Assembly: GCF_006345805.1 (NCBI RefSeq)
Contig: NC_043003.1
Span: 15,066,001 to 15,130,000, forward strand
Origin: Octopus sinensis
Taxonomy: Eukaryota
Direction: 5' to 3'
Length of the DNA: 64,000 nucleotides
The notes below the pieces were generated by a model that searched no databases, was not told the origin of the DNA, and was given only the letters and a program-made list of their open reading frames with translations. The position numbers and the translations under genes are program-made. Positions within the stretch are counted from its first letter, which is position 1. Every line of letters starts with the position of its first letter. Below are positions 12,425 through 26,494 of the stretch, in pieces.

Positions 12425-12910
12425 CCTGAGATGCATCTGGACACATGATCAAGGATGCCCCGTGGGGTCATTAGATATTTCAAATTTTCAACATCAGACA
12501 ATCTCATCCAAGTAACCAAGCCAGTGTTTAATAAGCCTCAATCTGCGTCCAGTTTCCACTACCTCTAATAGCACTTCCCCTTCCAGGGTTCACACCTCCT
12601 GCTCCAAAGCCATCTTGAAGCAAACTCTACTACCTCCACAATCAATCTGTTGGCCTTCTACCTACTGGCTTCTGCAACATACCAAGCATGTTGTAAGCTC
12701 TACCAAGGGACTGGCTTGCCATTCCACTGCATCACATCTTGATGGTATCACCCCCTTGTTTGCAAACCATTGGTTTGGCATGACTCAACATATTTCCTCC
12801 TCTTACTTAACGTTTCCCTCTTCAATGAAATTCTCCCAAAGAACAAAGAATACTAACAGAACAATGTAGATCTTTGTGAATTTACCAAAATTTTTAACAC
12901 TGCTTCCTTA
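12425..12910 (-). mobile_element. HERO-type LINE 3' fragment, decayed
   Basis: Diverged homolog of 11445-11900 (KRRKYVES) with 3' end tgatcatgtgtccagatgcatc; cut on its 5' side by a TTAA MITE. Confidence 0.7.
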
Positions 12911-12911
12911 A

Positions 12912-13133
12912 CCCTTTTGTAACCGTATTTATTTTGAGATGCTCTGTGTTTCTTTCAATTAATTTCAAATATAACAAAGAATTTAGTAAAATAACGTAAT
13001 TATCATTCAGCTGGTATTAGGAACATAAATTGTGACTAAGGTTTGGTGGAAGATTTTAATTCAAAACTTATGAAAACAAGACATTTGTATTACAGAACCA
13101 GAGGTGGTTTCAGTCAGGTTGGTAACGAAAGGG
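12912..13133. mobile_element. PiggyBac-like MITE
   Basis: TTAA flanks at 12908-12911 and 13134-13137; TIR cccttttgtaacc / ggtaacgaaaggg. Confidence 0.8.
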
Positions 13134-13164
13134 TTAAGAATTGTTTCTTTATTATATATTTTAA

Positions 13165-13529
13165 CCTTTTGTTACCATATTTTTGTTGAGACGCTCTGTG
13201 TTTCTTTCAATTAATTTTAAATATGACAAAGAATTTAGTAAAATAGCTTAGTTATCATTAAGTTGGTGTCAGGAACATAAATTGTGACTGAGGTTCAGTG
13301 GAAGATTTTAATTCAGAACTTATGTAAACATATTTTTGTTGTGATGCTCTGTGTTTCTTTCAATTAATTTTAAATTTAACGAAGATTTTAGTAAAAAATA
13401 ACTTAGTTATCATTAAGCTGGTATTCGGAAAATAAATTGTAACTAAGATTTTTATTCAGAACTTTTGAAATCAAGACATTTGTATTATAGGGCCAGATGC
13501 AGTTTCAGCCAGGTTGGTATCAAAAGGGG
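13165..13529. mobile_element. Second PiggyBac-like MITE of the same family, with an internal partial duplication
   Basis: TTAA flanks at 13161-13164 and 13530-13533; the body repeats tgctctgtgtttctttcaattaatttt twice. Confidence 0.75.
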
Positions 13530-13589
13530 TTAACAATTGAAAATATAATGCACTCGGCGAATTGTCCTTCATTAAATTTTTTTTCATAA

Positions 13590-13912
13590 ATAATCCTGAG
13601 ATACATCTGGACACATGATTAGGGCTGCCTTCTGGGAGTCTTTAGATGTTTCAAATTTTCGACATCAGACAAGCGCATCCAGGTGACCCAGCTAGTGTTG
13701 AATAAGCTCCTGTTTGTGTCCAATTTGCACTATCCCTGGTCACACTTCCCCTTCCAGGACCCACACCTCCTGCTCTGCAGCTACCTTGTAGCATCCTCTG
13801 CTGCCTCTACAGCCAATCTGCTGGCTTTCTATGTACTGGCTCCTGTGTTATGCCAAGCATGTTGCAAGCTTTGTGGAAGGACCGGCCTGCCATCCCTCTA
13901 CATCCCACGCTG
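13590..13912 (-). mobile_element. HERO-type LINE 3' fragment, decayed
   Basis: Third diverged copy sharing the 3' end gatacatctggacacatgat (plus strand) and the RLE tail. Confidence 0.7.
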
Positions 13913-14300
13913 ATTGTCAAACAGAATCGGTATAAGAATATTTATTGACAATATCTTTAATGAAGGAATATCAAGGAAGAGATATCAAAGCACGTTATCT
14001 CAAAGAAGGGTGTAAGTAATTGTCAAAATTCAAAATTATGAATCTGAGAAAGGATATTAAGAAAGCGATACCGGAGAAAGTTATCTGAAATAAGAGACGC
14101 CTGCGAAAAAGATATCATAGATATCTAGAGAAAAGATTCACACACACACACACACACACACGTGCATACATGTATATGTACATATATATATATATATATG
14201 CATATATATGTACATATATATATATATGCATATATATGTACATATATATTATACACACATATGTATGTATATGTGTATATACACATGCATGCATATATAT

Positions 14301-14332
<32 letters not shown>

Positions 14333-14504
14333 CATATACATATATAAATATATTTATAGCTATCTGTATATATTATGTATGTACAGGTATATATATGTGT
14401 ATATATATATATATATATACATTATATGCATGTGTATGTTTGTATATATATGTATGTGTATATATGTATATATGCATGTATGTATATGTATATATGTATA
14501 TATG

Positions 14505-14626
<122 letters not shown>

Positions 14627-15287
14627 GACATATGTATTATGCATGCATATTATATGTATGTGTATATATATATATATATGCATACATATATATATATATA
14701 TACATACACCCACAGATGTTGTCAGATTCTTGTAATTAATATATTTCTTCTGTTTTCTATTTTTGGTATCTTTGTCTTATAAGTAACAAAAAAAAAGCAA
14801 AAAAATAAAAGAGAAAGATAATTTAATATCTTAAAAGAGTACAATATCTTGGAAGTTAGCGAAGGACTAATTTAGAGAACGGAGACACCAGTAAAAGGGG
14901 GGGGGAAGGATATTTCACGAAAGGGATATCAGAGAAAAGAGGGTTGTTGCGAGGGAGGGACGAGAAGCAAGGTCAGAGCAACGAATGGACACCAGCGGAA
15001 TATACATGAGAGTAAATGACACCAAAAAAAGGTTATAGCGCCGAATAGTTATCAAAGAAAAGATGATATGAGCGCCGGAATTATCAGAAAAACTAGTTTC
15101 AAAGAATAGATAGAGAGAATATAATATATCAGACAGAAGTGATATTTCAGTTTGATCAGGTACTAAACATATTCTTTTTTTTTTTTCTGCTCTGCTACTT
15201 GTTGTCTACCCTCAATAGGAAAATAAACTAAATTTTTCATATCTCAGAGATGAGCAGGCAAGGAAGCTAATCTACGAATTATATATA

Positions 15288-15320
<33 letters not shown>

Positions 15321-15395
15321 GTATGTCTATATATATATGTATATATATAATATATATATATAATATAATATATATGTATATATATATGTATGTAT

Positions 15396-15426
<31 letters not shown>

Positions 15427-15427
15427 G

Positions 15428-15475
<48 letters not shown>

Positions 15476-16663
15476 ATATATGTATATGTACACTACACAC
15501 AGACACACACATATACATGCGTACATATATATAGTCATGCATATTTACACCTTCATGTATTTTTATATATATATAAGTATATAATGTGTATATAATATAT
15601 ATATATAACATATATAACATATATACATACACACATAAACACCCATGCACACACATACATATACACACATACACACACACATATATATAATATATTTGTT
15701 ATATATATATATTCATATTATATATATATATTCCTATTATATATATATATATTCCTATTATATATATATATATATATAATATATATATATTTATGTATTT
15801 GTATATATGTATGTATGTGTGGTATGTGTGTGTGTGGTGTGTGTGTATGTGTGTGTGTGTGTGTGTATGTACCATTATTTCCTGTGATAATGTAATTGTA
15901 TTTTTAGGAAGCTATCATTTCTCCGAAGACAGCATCTAAGATTATAGACTGATAATGTTATATGTTCCAGGAAAATCCATACAACACTTTTGCATGTTGC
16001 AAGAAATTAATAAATTAGATGAAGGAAGCTGGGAAACTAAGAGGAGAACTACAGGAGAGTAATTTGGAGGGAAAAAAAAAAGAAGAAAAGATGAAAGCAA
16101 TGAATGGAGAAAGCAAAGAAAAAGAAAATACAGAAATGAAGGGGGTAAAGGAAAAAACACACACAAAAAACAAAAAAAAAAGGGGAAAGAAGGAAACATA
16201 GCAAAAATGGAATGAAGCCATTTTAAGATGTTTATGAAAATATGCCCTGTCTATAGAAGAGCTAAGATATTCTATGGAGTCTTGGAGATGTTGGAGAAAC
16301 AAGGATCAGATCTCAGAATGAATGTTGCATGTAATATATGATGGATAGATGTATGAGTTATCTTTTTATTTTATTTTTTTTATCTTCTGCTTGTTTCAGG
16401 CTTTGATTGTGGCCATACTGGAGCACTGTCCTGAAGGGTTTAGTCGAACAAGTCAACCCTGGTTTTTAGTTTTTTTTTTGGGGGGGGGGGGGGAATGTTG
16501 ACACTTCTGTTAGTCTCTTGCTGAAGTGCCAAACCATAGGTTGTAAACAAACCAACAGTGGTTTTTGATTGGTTGTGAGGGACAAATGTAAGGGGTAAAG
16601 ACAGCCTCCAGTCATGAATGACCATGGGATTGCACCTAGGAAGTTATCTCCTTTTGAAACACC

Positions 16664-17266
16664 TCCCAAGATTTTTGAGTGATGATATCACCACATATCA
16701 ACAACTCCAAGATTTTTGAGTAACGATATTAACACATGTCAACATCTCCAAGATTTTTGAATGATGGTGTCACCACATGTAAAAAAACTCCAAGATTTTT
16801 GAGTGATGATATCACTGCATGTCAACATCTCCAAGATTTTTGAATGGTGGTATCCCCACATATCAACAACTCCAAGATTTTTGGGTAACGATATTAACAC
16901 ATGTCAACATCTCCAAGATTTTTGAATGATGATATCACCACATGTAAACATCTCCCACGTTTCTGAGTAACAATGTCATCATATGTAAATGAGTTCAGGA
17001 TTTCGGAGTGATGATGTCACTGCATGTAAATATCACTTTTGAGTGATGATATCACCACATGTAAAGAACTCCAAGGTTTTTGAGTGATAATATCACGACA
17101 TGTAAACAATTCCAAAATTTTTGAATGATGATATAACCACATGTAAACACCTGCGAGAGTTTTGAGTGATGATATCACCACAAGTGAATAACTCCCTGAT
17201 TTTTGAGTGATGGTTTCACTACATGTAAATGAGTTCGAGATTTCTGGGTGATTACATCACCACAAA
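16664..17266. repeat. 41-bp minisatellite, about 15 copies
   Basis: Unit consensus ctccaagatttttgagtgatgatatcaccacatgtaaacaa. Confidence 0.92.
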
Positions 17267-17321
17267 TCTGTTCAGAAGTCCAGATTTACAGAAACAGACA
17301 GACATTGTAAAAGGCAACCAC

Positions 17322-17322
<1 letters not shown>

Positions 17323-17360
<38 letters not shown>

Positions 17361-17410
17361 AGAAAAAAGAAAGAAAGAAGAAGGAGAGAGAAGGAGGGAA
17401 GGAAGAAGGA

Positions 17411-17454
<44 letters not shown>

Positions 17455-17607
17455 ACGAAAGAAAGAACGAAAGAAAGGAAGGAAGGAAGGAAGGAAGGAA
17501 GGAAGGAAGGAAGGAGGAAAGAAAGAAAGAAAGAAAGAAAGAAAGAAGGAGAGAAAGGAAGAGAGAAGGAAGGAAGAAAGAAAGAAAGAAAGAAAGGAAG
17601 GAAGGAA

Positions 17608-17672
<65 letters not shown>
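17323..17672. repeat. (GAAA)n/(GGAA)n microsatellite
   Basis: Directly visible. Confidence 0.95.
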
Positions 17673-18268
17673 GAAATCGTTAATCCCACAAAAAGACAAT
17701 GTTGATGTTGGCTAGAATTGAACTCAGAGAAACGAGATCCAAAATTAAATATTGCAAAAAATTCTCTGAGACACTCCATCAATTCTACTGGCTTGCGCTG
17801 CTTGTTATTTGGATCTTATTTCTTGCAGAAATATATATCATTTTTTTTCTTAAACTAAATCTTCTCCATGACTCAGAGTTTTGGGTATGTTTTTTTTTTT
17901 TTTAGATTTTTATTTAGTTTTTTTGTTTTTTATTTATTTATTTGATTTTCTTTCTTTTCTTCTTCTTCTTCTTCTTCTTCTTCCTGTTTATTAATGATTG
18001 GGGTCTCTACTGAAATTCAGTGAATAAAAGAAAGCATCACTTCCAGCAAGCAAGAAGGAATTTCTATAACACAATAATAAATGGTAAAATGGCTGAAAAT
18101 CATATTGGAAAAAAATATACATACATTTACATTTATGTATATATATATATATATATATATTATCTTTTTTTTTTTTTTTAGAAGGATTCCGCCAAGAAGG
18201 ATTAGGTTTGAAAAGTTGCAAATATTCTGCTCAACTCTTTTTAAGTGGCAAAGCTAAGTTTGTGCGTG

Positions 18269-18304
<36 letters not shown>

Positions 18305-18457
18305 CTTTCTTCCCTTTAAAATCAATTATGATTATGAACAGGAAATATATCCAATGAAAATCAGAATAAATGCAGAAAGCTGTTAATAAATACATATATA
18401 TTTATGTGTGTGTGTATGTGTGTGTATGTATGTATATATATATATATATATATATAC

Positions 18458-18516
<59 letters not shown>

Positions 18517-18525
18517 ATATGTATG

Positions 18526-18568
<43 letters not shown>

Positions 18569-18701
18569 GTAGTATGTATATATATATATGTATAATATAT
18601 GTATATATTATGTATATATGTATGTATATATATGTATAGATACATGTATATATATGTGTGTATGTGTGTGTGTATGTATATATGTATATATATATATATA
18701 T

Positions 18702-18732
<31 letters not shown>

Positions 18733-18822
18733 TAGATATATGCATGTATATATATATATGTGTGTGTGGGTGGGTGTGTATATATATATATGTATATATA
18801 TATGCACACACACATGTATATA

Positions 18823-19339
18823 CAGGATGTTCAAAAGATCTCTTCGCAGTGATATTTTTGAAGACACCATCACCACTGAGGAATATTGCTCAAATATTGT
18901 CTCTCCATTTGTAGGCCGAAGGAGCTACAGAACATACTTCGTGCATCACCATGGCACTGCTTCAAGAATTTTCAGTGAACGGATTATTTCAAAGGGACTT
19001 TGGCCACTGAGATCACCTGATTTAACACCACCAGACTTTTTTTCTGGGGAGCAAGTAAAGGATCAGTGTTCAAGAATTGCTCGACAACCATTAATGAGAT
19101 AAAAGACGCAATGATAACCTTCACACGGTCCATACCGCATCAGACTCTCCAAGATGTATTTCAAAACATGGGTAGAAGAGCCAGCTTATGTATTGAAAAT
19201 GAAGGATGACACTTTCAACACATCTTATAAAGTTTTTTAAAGTCTTGTAAAGTCTAATATATTCTTTTGTAGTCTTATACCATCTTATAGATATTTATTT
19301 TGCAATAAAATACTGCAGAGAGACTTTTTGAACACCCTG
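18823..19339 (+). mobile_element. Internally deleted Tc1/mariner element
   Basis: TIRs caggatgttcaaaagatctcttcgcagt and actgcagagagactttttgaacaccctg; retains the C-terminal transposase motif GLWPLRSPDLTPPDFF. Confidence 0.85.
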
Positions 19340-19423
19340 TCTATGTGTGGGTGGGTGTATATTTATGTATATATATACACATATGTATACATATATGTAC
19401 ATATGTATATATCTATCTATCTA

Positions 19424-19454
<31 letters not shown>

Positions 19455-19498
19455 GCACACATATGTATGTATATATATGTACATATGTATATATATAT

Positions 19499-19560
<62 letters not shown>

Positions 19561-19724
19561 ATATATATATATTAATAAATATAGGGATGGTATTATAAAA
19601 ACATCACGAGTGCCAAGCAAATTATCAGTCGTACAGGAATTAATAAAATATATTCATGCAATATTTGATGTGTACATATATATATATACACAAGGGCACT
19701 ACACGAGTACTTACATCACTTAAA

Positions 19725-20022
19725 AATAGAAATAGTGAGTTCAATTCTCATGCCATGCTGCATGTTGTATTCTTGAGCAAGACACTTTATTTCACATTGC
19801 TCCAGTTCACTCAGCTGTAGAAATGAGTTGCGATGTCGCTGGTGCCAAGCTGTATTGGTCTTTGCCCTTCCCTTGTATAACATCAGTGATGTGAAGTGGG
19901 GAGGCTGCTATGCATGGGTGACTGCCAGTCTTCCATAAACAACCTTGCCAAGACTTGTGCCTTGGAAGGTAACTTGCTAGGTACAATCCCATGGTTATTC
20001 ATGACAGAAAGTGGTCTTTACC
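19725..20022 (+). mobile_element. Old SINE with CORE-like block
   Basis: ttcttgagcaagacactttatttcacattgctccagttcactcagctg; its tail also occurs reversed at about 16590-16660. Confidence 0.55.
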
Positions 20023-20057
20023 TTATATGCATATATATATACACAACACATACATAC

Positions 20058-20093
<36 letters not shown>

Positions 20094-20124
20094 CATACAT
20101 ACATATATATCATATATATATATG

Positions 20125-20206
<82 letters not shown>

Positions 20207-20457
20207 TAATAATATGAGGGAATATTATTCCAAACTTACAGGGAAAAATTCAATTTAGAAATGCTAAATCAAATTTCACAAAATATAATATATATAAATT
20301 AGAAAAAAAAACACCTTTTATCAATTTAATAATGAAAAATTGAATTATACCATTTAGAAAGATTACATTTTATAGAAAGATCACATATAAGATAAAACAT
20401 ATAACGATGATTAAGTAATGTGCAAAATAATAAATAAAACGTATATATTTGGTAGAA

Positions 20458-20561
20458 TAACGACATGTGTTTCGTGGCTATATTTAAGAAATGATAATAG
20501 TAAAAATAATAGCAGTAGTAGTAAAATCACTTCAATATAAATATAACCACTCTTCAGGTTA
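20458..20561 (-). ncRNA. Type I hammerhead ribozyme motif with intact core
   Basis: Minus strand: UAAC-CUGAAGA-GUGGUUAUAU-[57-nt loop]-AUAUAGCCAC-GAAA-CACAUG-UC-GUUA. 10-bp stem II, GUC triplet, 4-bp stem I. Confidence 0.72.
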
Positions 20562-20915
20562 AAGATAACAACAATAATAAGATAATTAATTAGATAAATT
20601 AATAAATATACGTAACTAATCTTGTAAAATACGAAATATCTTAAAAAATATATTCTTGTTTAAAAAATAAGATGTAATTAATTAAAATATTTAAAACAAA
20701 TATATATATATATATATGACCTCGTGTGTACCGTTGGTGATTTTTTTCCCTCTGTCTTCCCTTCTCTGGATCTTTCCTTCTCCTATGTGTCCGACGAAGA
20801 GCTCCGCTCAAAACGTTAAACCCTCCTTCTTTCCTTCTTTCCTGAGCGTCCAATAATACTATATTTGTTCCACGTCCTCGCGTTGTTGTGTTTTTTTGTG
20901 CTTTCTTGTTTGGAT

Positions 20916-20952
<37 letters not shown>

Positions 20953-21219
20953 TACAAAATATACAATAAGGGAAAACTAAATACTACAATTTAAACTATA
21001 TACATTAAATCAAATTATTAATTATTCAATTTAATAAACATCCAAATAAAGTCTCATACCTATTAAGCAATTTATACTAAAAACCTTAATGTTAAGTAAT
21101 ATAACCACTTCTTTCTTTCTAATATACATATATATATAGATATATATTATATATATAATATTATATAATATATATATAATATATATATATATATACTTAT
21201 ATATATTATATATATATAT

Positions 21220-21266
<47 letters not shown>

Positions 21267-21760
21267 TTATATAATATTAATATATATATATATATATATA
21301 TACAAGCAGTTAAGCCCAGTTTCGCACGTCTGTTTAGATGATGTGGGTGTGATCGTTTTCGGTTAGGCATAATCTATAACAGCATTTCCGAACCTTATCA
21401 TTTCGGGTTCCAGTGTTGGTGTGTTTATGTCCCCATAACTTAGCAGTTTGGTGCAAAAGAGACCGATCGAATAAGTACCAAGCTTTTAAAAAAATGGGTT
21501 CAATTAGTTTGGCTAAAAATTGCTCAAGGCAGTGCTCCAGCATGGCTGCAGTCTAATGACTGCAACAAGTAAAAGGAAGATAAAAGAAAGATATTCTAGA
21601 TACAGGATCGTGGCTGTGTGGTAAGTAGCTTGCTAACCAACCACATGGTTCTGGGTTCAATCCCACTGTGTGGCATCTTGGGCAAGTGTCTTCTGCTATA
21701 GCCCCGGGCGACCAATGCCTTGTGAGTGGATTTGGTAGACGGAAACTGAAAGAAGCTGTC

Positions 21761-21812
<52 letters not shown>

Positions 21813-22283
21813 GTATGTGTGTGTGTGTTTGTGTGTCTGTGTTTGTCCCCTAGCATTGCTTGACAACCGATGCTGGTGTGTGTTTACGTCCCCATCACTT
21901 AGCGGTTCAGCAAAAGAGACCGATATAATAAGTACTGGGCTTACAAAAAATAAGTCTCGGGGTCGATTTGCTCGACTAAAGGTGGTGCTCCAGCATGGCC
22001 ACAGTCAAATGACTGAAACAAGTAAAAGAGTATGCTGTGAATAAACCATCTTCATGGTTAATTAGCGTCAATAGTGACCACATTTACCATAGTGTAGTGA
22101 CCGAAGCCAGTTGGTGCCATTGTATCAGTAAAACAGCTGTCCATATTTGAGATGTTTCTCTGCCTCAAGAGAGACAAAGGTCACCTTCGAATAAACCATC
22201 TTCCATCTATAGCTTAAATACATGAAGTTCTTTCTTCTTCAAACTGTCACATCTTTGATGCTCTGTTGAGCAGCAGGCTTTGT

Positions 22284-22640
22284 GGAGGCGCAATGGCCCA
22301 GTGGTTAGGGCAGAGGACTCGCAGTCGAAGGATCACGGTTTCGATTCCCAGACGGGGTGTTGTGTGTGTTTATTGAGCGAAAATACCTAAAGCTCCACGA
22401 GGATCCGGCAGGGGGTGGTGGCGACCCCTGTTGTACTCTTTCGCTCCAACTTTCTTTCACTCTTTCTTCCTGTTTCTTGTCCCCGACTTCCTACACAACC
22501 GCTGAGCCTGGATGCGCATTCATCCATCCGTCGATGCTCTTCGTGTCGGGGGTTGACCTGCTTTCTCTTCTGCGGGTCTTACGAATAGCAAAGGACCATG
22601 TTTCGGACTTCTCCCACTAGGGACATAGACCGCTTCACTC
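22284..22640 (+). mobile_element. tRNA-derived SINE family C, tail type 1
   Basis: A box TGGCCCAGTGG, B-box-like GTTTCGATTCC; the same element occurs reversed at 60395-60750. Confidence 0.85.
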
Positions 22641-22793
22641 AACAAACAAACAGACAAACAAGCAGCAGGCTTTAGTATCTGCTCCTGACTACAGAGGCAC
22701 TTGCAGAAGTAATAAATGCAAGACCTGGGAAAGGAAGAATTCTGTGGCAATAGGTAAAACGGTCAGTATGGGTTGTGGCTACAGTAGAAGACA

Positions 22794-23202
22794 GTGTGTG
22801 GACAATTTGTCGACAGACAAATAGCCAATTGGACAATTGGCTGATTGGACAAGTCAACATGCCGAAGTATCGATCTTGGAGTTCATGAAAATGAAACAAG
22901 GAGGCAGAAAGCTTCTATACAAAGGGTCAATTGTTAATTGGTCAATTGTCCTGTCTGTAAGCTGTCTGTCAGCCAACTCCGTCAACAAATTATCCGTCAG
23001 ACAAATTGCCAATTGGACAATTGGCTGATTGGACAAGTCAACATGCCGAAGTATCGATCATGGAGTTCGTGAAAATGAAACAAGGAGGCAGAAAGCTTCT
23101 ATACAAAGGGTCAATTGTCCTGTCTGTAAGCTGTCTGTCAGCCAACTCCGTCAACAAATTATCCGTCGACAAATTGTCCGTCAACAAATTGTCCATCTAC
23201 CA
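22794..23202. mobile_element. Mutator-like (MULE) non-autonomous element inserted in a SINE
   Basis: 9-bp TSD TAGAAGACA at 22785-22793 and 23203-23211; TIRs built of ggacaatttgtcgac units; internal ~184-bp tandem duplication. Confidence 0.72.
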
Positions 23203-23915
23203 TAGAAGACACTTACTTATGGTACTGCACAGTGGGACTGAACCTGGAACAATGTGGTTGCGAAGCAAACATCTTACCACAAGGGTAGACTTATTGCAAA
23301 CAAATGCCATAGTCATTGAAACAGTGCCCACTTCTTTAAAGCAGTCCTCTGTTAAAACATGTCTGGCTGTTCAGCTGTTCCTTGTTCTAAGTACCAGGAA
23401 GAATATTATTTTACTTGAGAAACAGAGGATTGTGTTGGTAGCAGGAAGAGAACTCAACTGCTGGAAAGTCTACCTCGGCAAGTCTTGACTGACTGATGCA
23501 AGCATGGAATAAACTGGACGTAAAAAGAATGATGATGATGATGCTGACAATGAAGGCAATGATGATGATGACGATAATGATGTGTTTGTGTGTGTTTGTC
23601 CCTAATTTTTTGAAGTTCTATAGGTCAAAATTACGCTATATTTATCATGTTTCAAATACAGGCGATTTCTATATAGAGGAGAGAGAGAGAGAGAGTATAG
23701 AATAGGTAATCTTCTATTTATAATAGTTATAAATATTTATTAGTGTATTTGGAATTGCAGAAACCGTCAGCACGAGGTATAAATAGCAACTCTAACTTTA
23801 TGTGTGCGTCTCGGGTATAATAGTATGCTTGTATATCAATGTATGTGAGTGGGGACGTGTATGTATGTATACATATGTGTGTGTGTGTATACATACATAT
23901 ATATGCATATATGTG

Positions 23916-23948
<33 letters not shown>

Positions 23949-24296
23949 ATATGCATATATATATATATACATATACATATATATATAGATAGATACATAC
24001 ATACATACATACATATACTCACATATACATATTTTTATTTCTATATAGTATATGTATCCACACGCACACGCACACACACACACATACACACGTACACATA
24101 TCTTTGCCTTTGCATACATGTGTATGTATAAATGTGTATGAATATATATATATATATTCATATATGTGTATATATATAAATATATACATAAACACACACT
24201 CATACACACATATTTACATATACATATATTACACTCATATACACACTATATCCATATCAAACTATTTATATATATCTCTGTCTATTTGTCTGTCTG

Positions 24297-24332
<36 letters not shown>

Positions 24333-24405
24333 CCTCTCCCTCTATATATATACACATACATACATACATGTGTGTGTGCGTGTATACATACATACATACA
24401 TACAT

Positions 24406-24436
<31 letters not shown>

Positions 24437-25507
24437 CACACCACACATATTTATATACACACACATACATGATACATACAAACACACATGCACACACACA
24501 CACACAAATTATAATTATATATACGTATAGAATAGATGTAGTATGTATTCATACACATACACACATGATATATTTGTTCCTACACGGATATAGAATTTTC
24601 AAAATAGAACATAAAGATAGGAAAACATTGACTAGAAAATATCAAATTGGTCAAACCTTCGGCACCTCTTAGAGAGAAGCAAAACTGCAAGAAATCAATG
24701 GAACCAAAGCATTTATAAAAGAGTGAATTGACTGAGAAGTCTTCAGCTGCCAGGGCAGATCTCATTGATTTTGGAATAATCAATACCTTATCAAAGAATA
24801 CTGACGCCTGTTGGTCGCGATGGCAACAAGCTGTCCAGCTCACTGGTTAGAGACAGTTGATAATTTTCACGTCGGAATTGGATTGCTAGATAGAAAAATT
24901 TCCAATAATGGCAGTAATTCTCAACAATAAGCATCTTTATTCATTTTCTCCTTCATTCAGATTTTTTTTTTCCCCTCTCTTTGAAAAGCAACAAAAATGA
25001 AGCTTATAAAAAGAAAAAAAGAAAAGCGAAAAATAAAATAAAATAAAATGAAATAAAATAATGTAATAATAAAAGACACAGAACGCCTTTGGTTGTATCT
25101 TATGATTTTACCATTTTATTTTTTTTTTTTTAAATTTGTGTTTCTATTTTTCTCTTTCTTTCTAGTCATATTTGACACATAAGTTATGAGTTTATTGGCA
25201 CTGTGGTGATTGCGGTGCATCTTGGGAAGATATCTGCTGAGAAGATGGTGTACGAAAAAAAAATATTTGTGAGAAAATAAAACTGGCCTAGTTTTATTTG
25301 TAATTATATTTATTTTAAAGATCTCCTTCCACTTTCACTGCCATTAAACCATAATGCTGTGCGTATATCTATTTAGTATGTTGCTATTGGGAATCTTGAA
25401 GAAAACATGAGCTGAATAGATCACAGTATCTGATGAAAAGCAAGTATGTACTTTCACATATATACCCTGTAGATACTACATATTTAAATGTGTAGATAAT
25501 TGCACGG

Positions 25508-25553
<46 letters not shown>

Positions 25554-25808
25554 ATACTTGTCTAACATTTATTTTACATATACAGAGAAATAGTGAAATA
25601 GAAATAAATTATCCCATATTTTTTTTTTAATGGCATCACACTGCCTTTGTTGTCATTTTCCTAGCTGTCAGTGTATTTTTCTGTCTATCCAGTTTTATCT
25701 CTTACAATCTTTAGCAGCTTAATTTATTTAGCTATCAATCTATCTGTTCCTTCATAAATAGATACAGGCATACATTCATTCATGTCTATATATATAGACT
25801 TGAATGTG

Positions 25809-25862
<54 letters not shown>

Positions 25863-25956
25863 ATATACATGCATACTGATGCATATCCACAATTACAGAT
25901 TGAATACTAAATCTCAAAGTAGTCTACTTTGCTCTTGTACACTGCAAACCAGGAAA

Positions 25957-25989
<33 letters not shown>

Positions 25990-26217
25990 CACACACACAC
26001 ACACGCACACACACATATATATATATACTTTTATTCTTTTACTTGTTTCAGTTATTTGACTGCAGCCATTCTGGAGCACCACCTTTAGTTGAACAAATCA
26101 ACCCCAGGACTTATTCTTTGTAAGCCTAATACTTATTCTATTGGTCTCTTTTTTGCCAAACAATGGACGTTGTCAAGTGATGGTGGGGGGGACAAATACT
26201 GACACACAAACGCACAT

Positions 26218-26253
<36 letters not shown>

Positions 26254-26411
26254 CGATGGGCTTTCAGTTTCCATCTACCAAATCCACTCACAAGGCTTTA
26301 GTCAGCCTAAGGCTATAGTACAAGACACTTGCTCAAGGTGCCATACAGTGGAATTGAACCTGGAACCATGTGGTTGGTAAGCAAGCTACTTACGACACAG
26401 CCACTCCCGCA

Positions 26412-26460
<49 letters not shown>

Positions 26461-26494
26461 TTTGTAATAATAATAATTATAATATATATATGAA

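Noticed and set aside
16664-17266. CRISPR-like regular array
   Set aside because: Contiguous tandem units without unique spacers, eukaryotic context, no cas genes.
24560-24930. Unique-looking sequence with an 87-aa minus ORF
   Set aside because: No recognisable motif or convincing splice pair; all frames are short.
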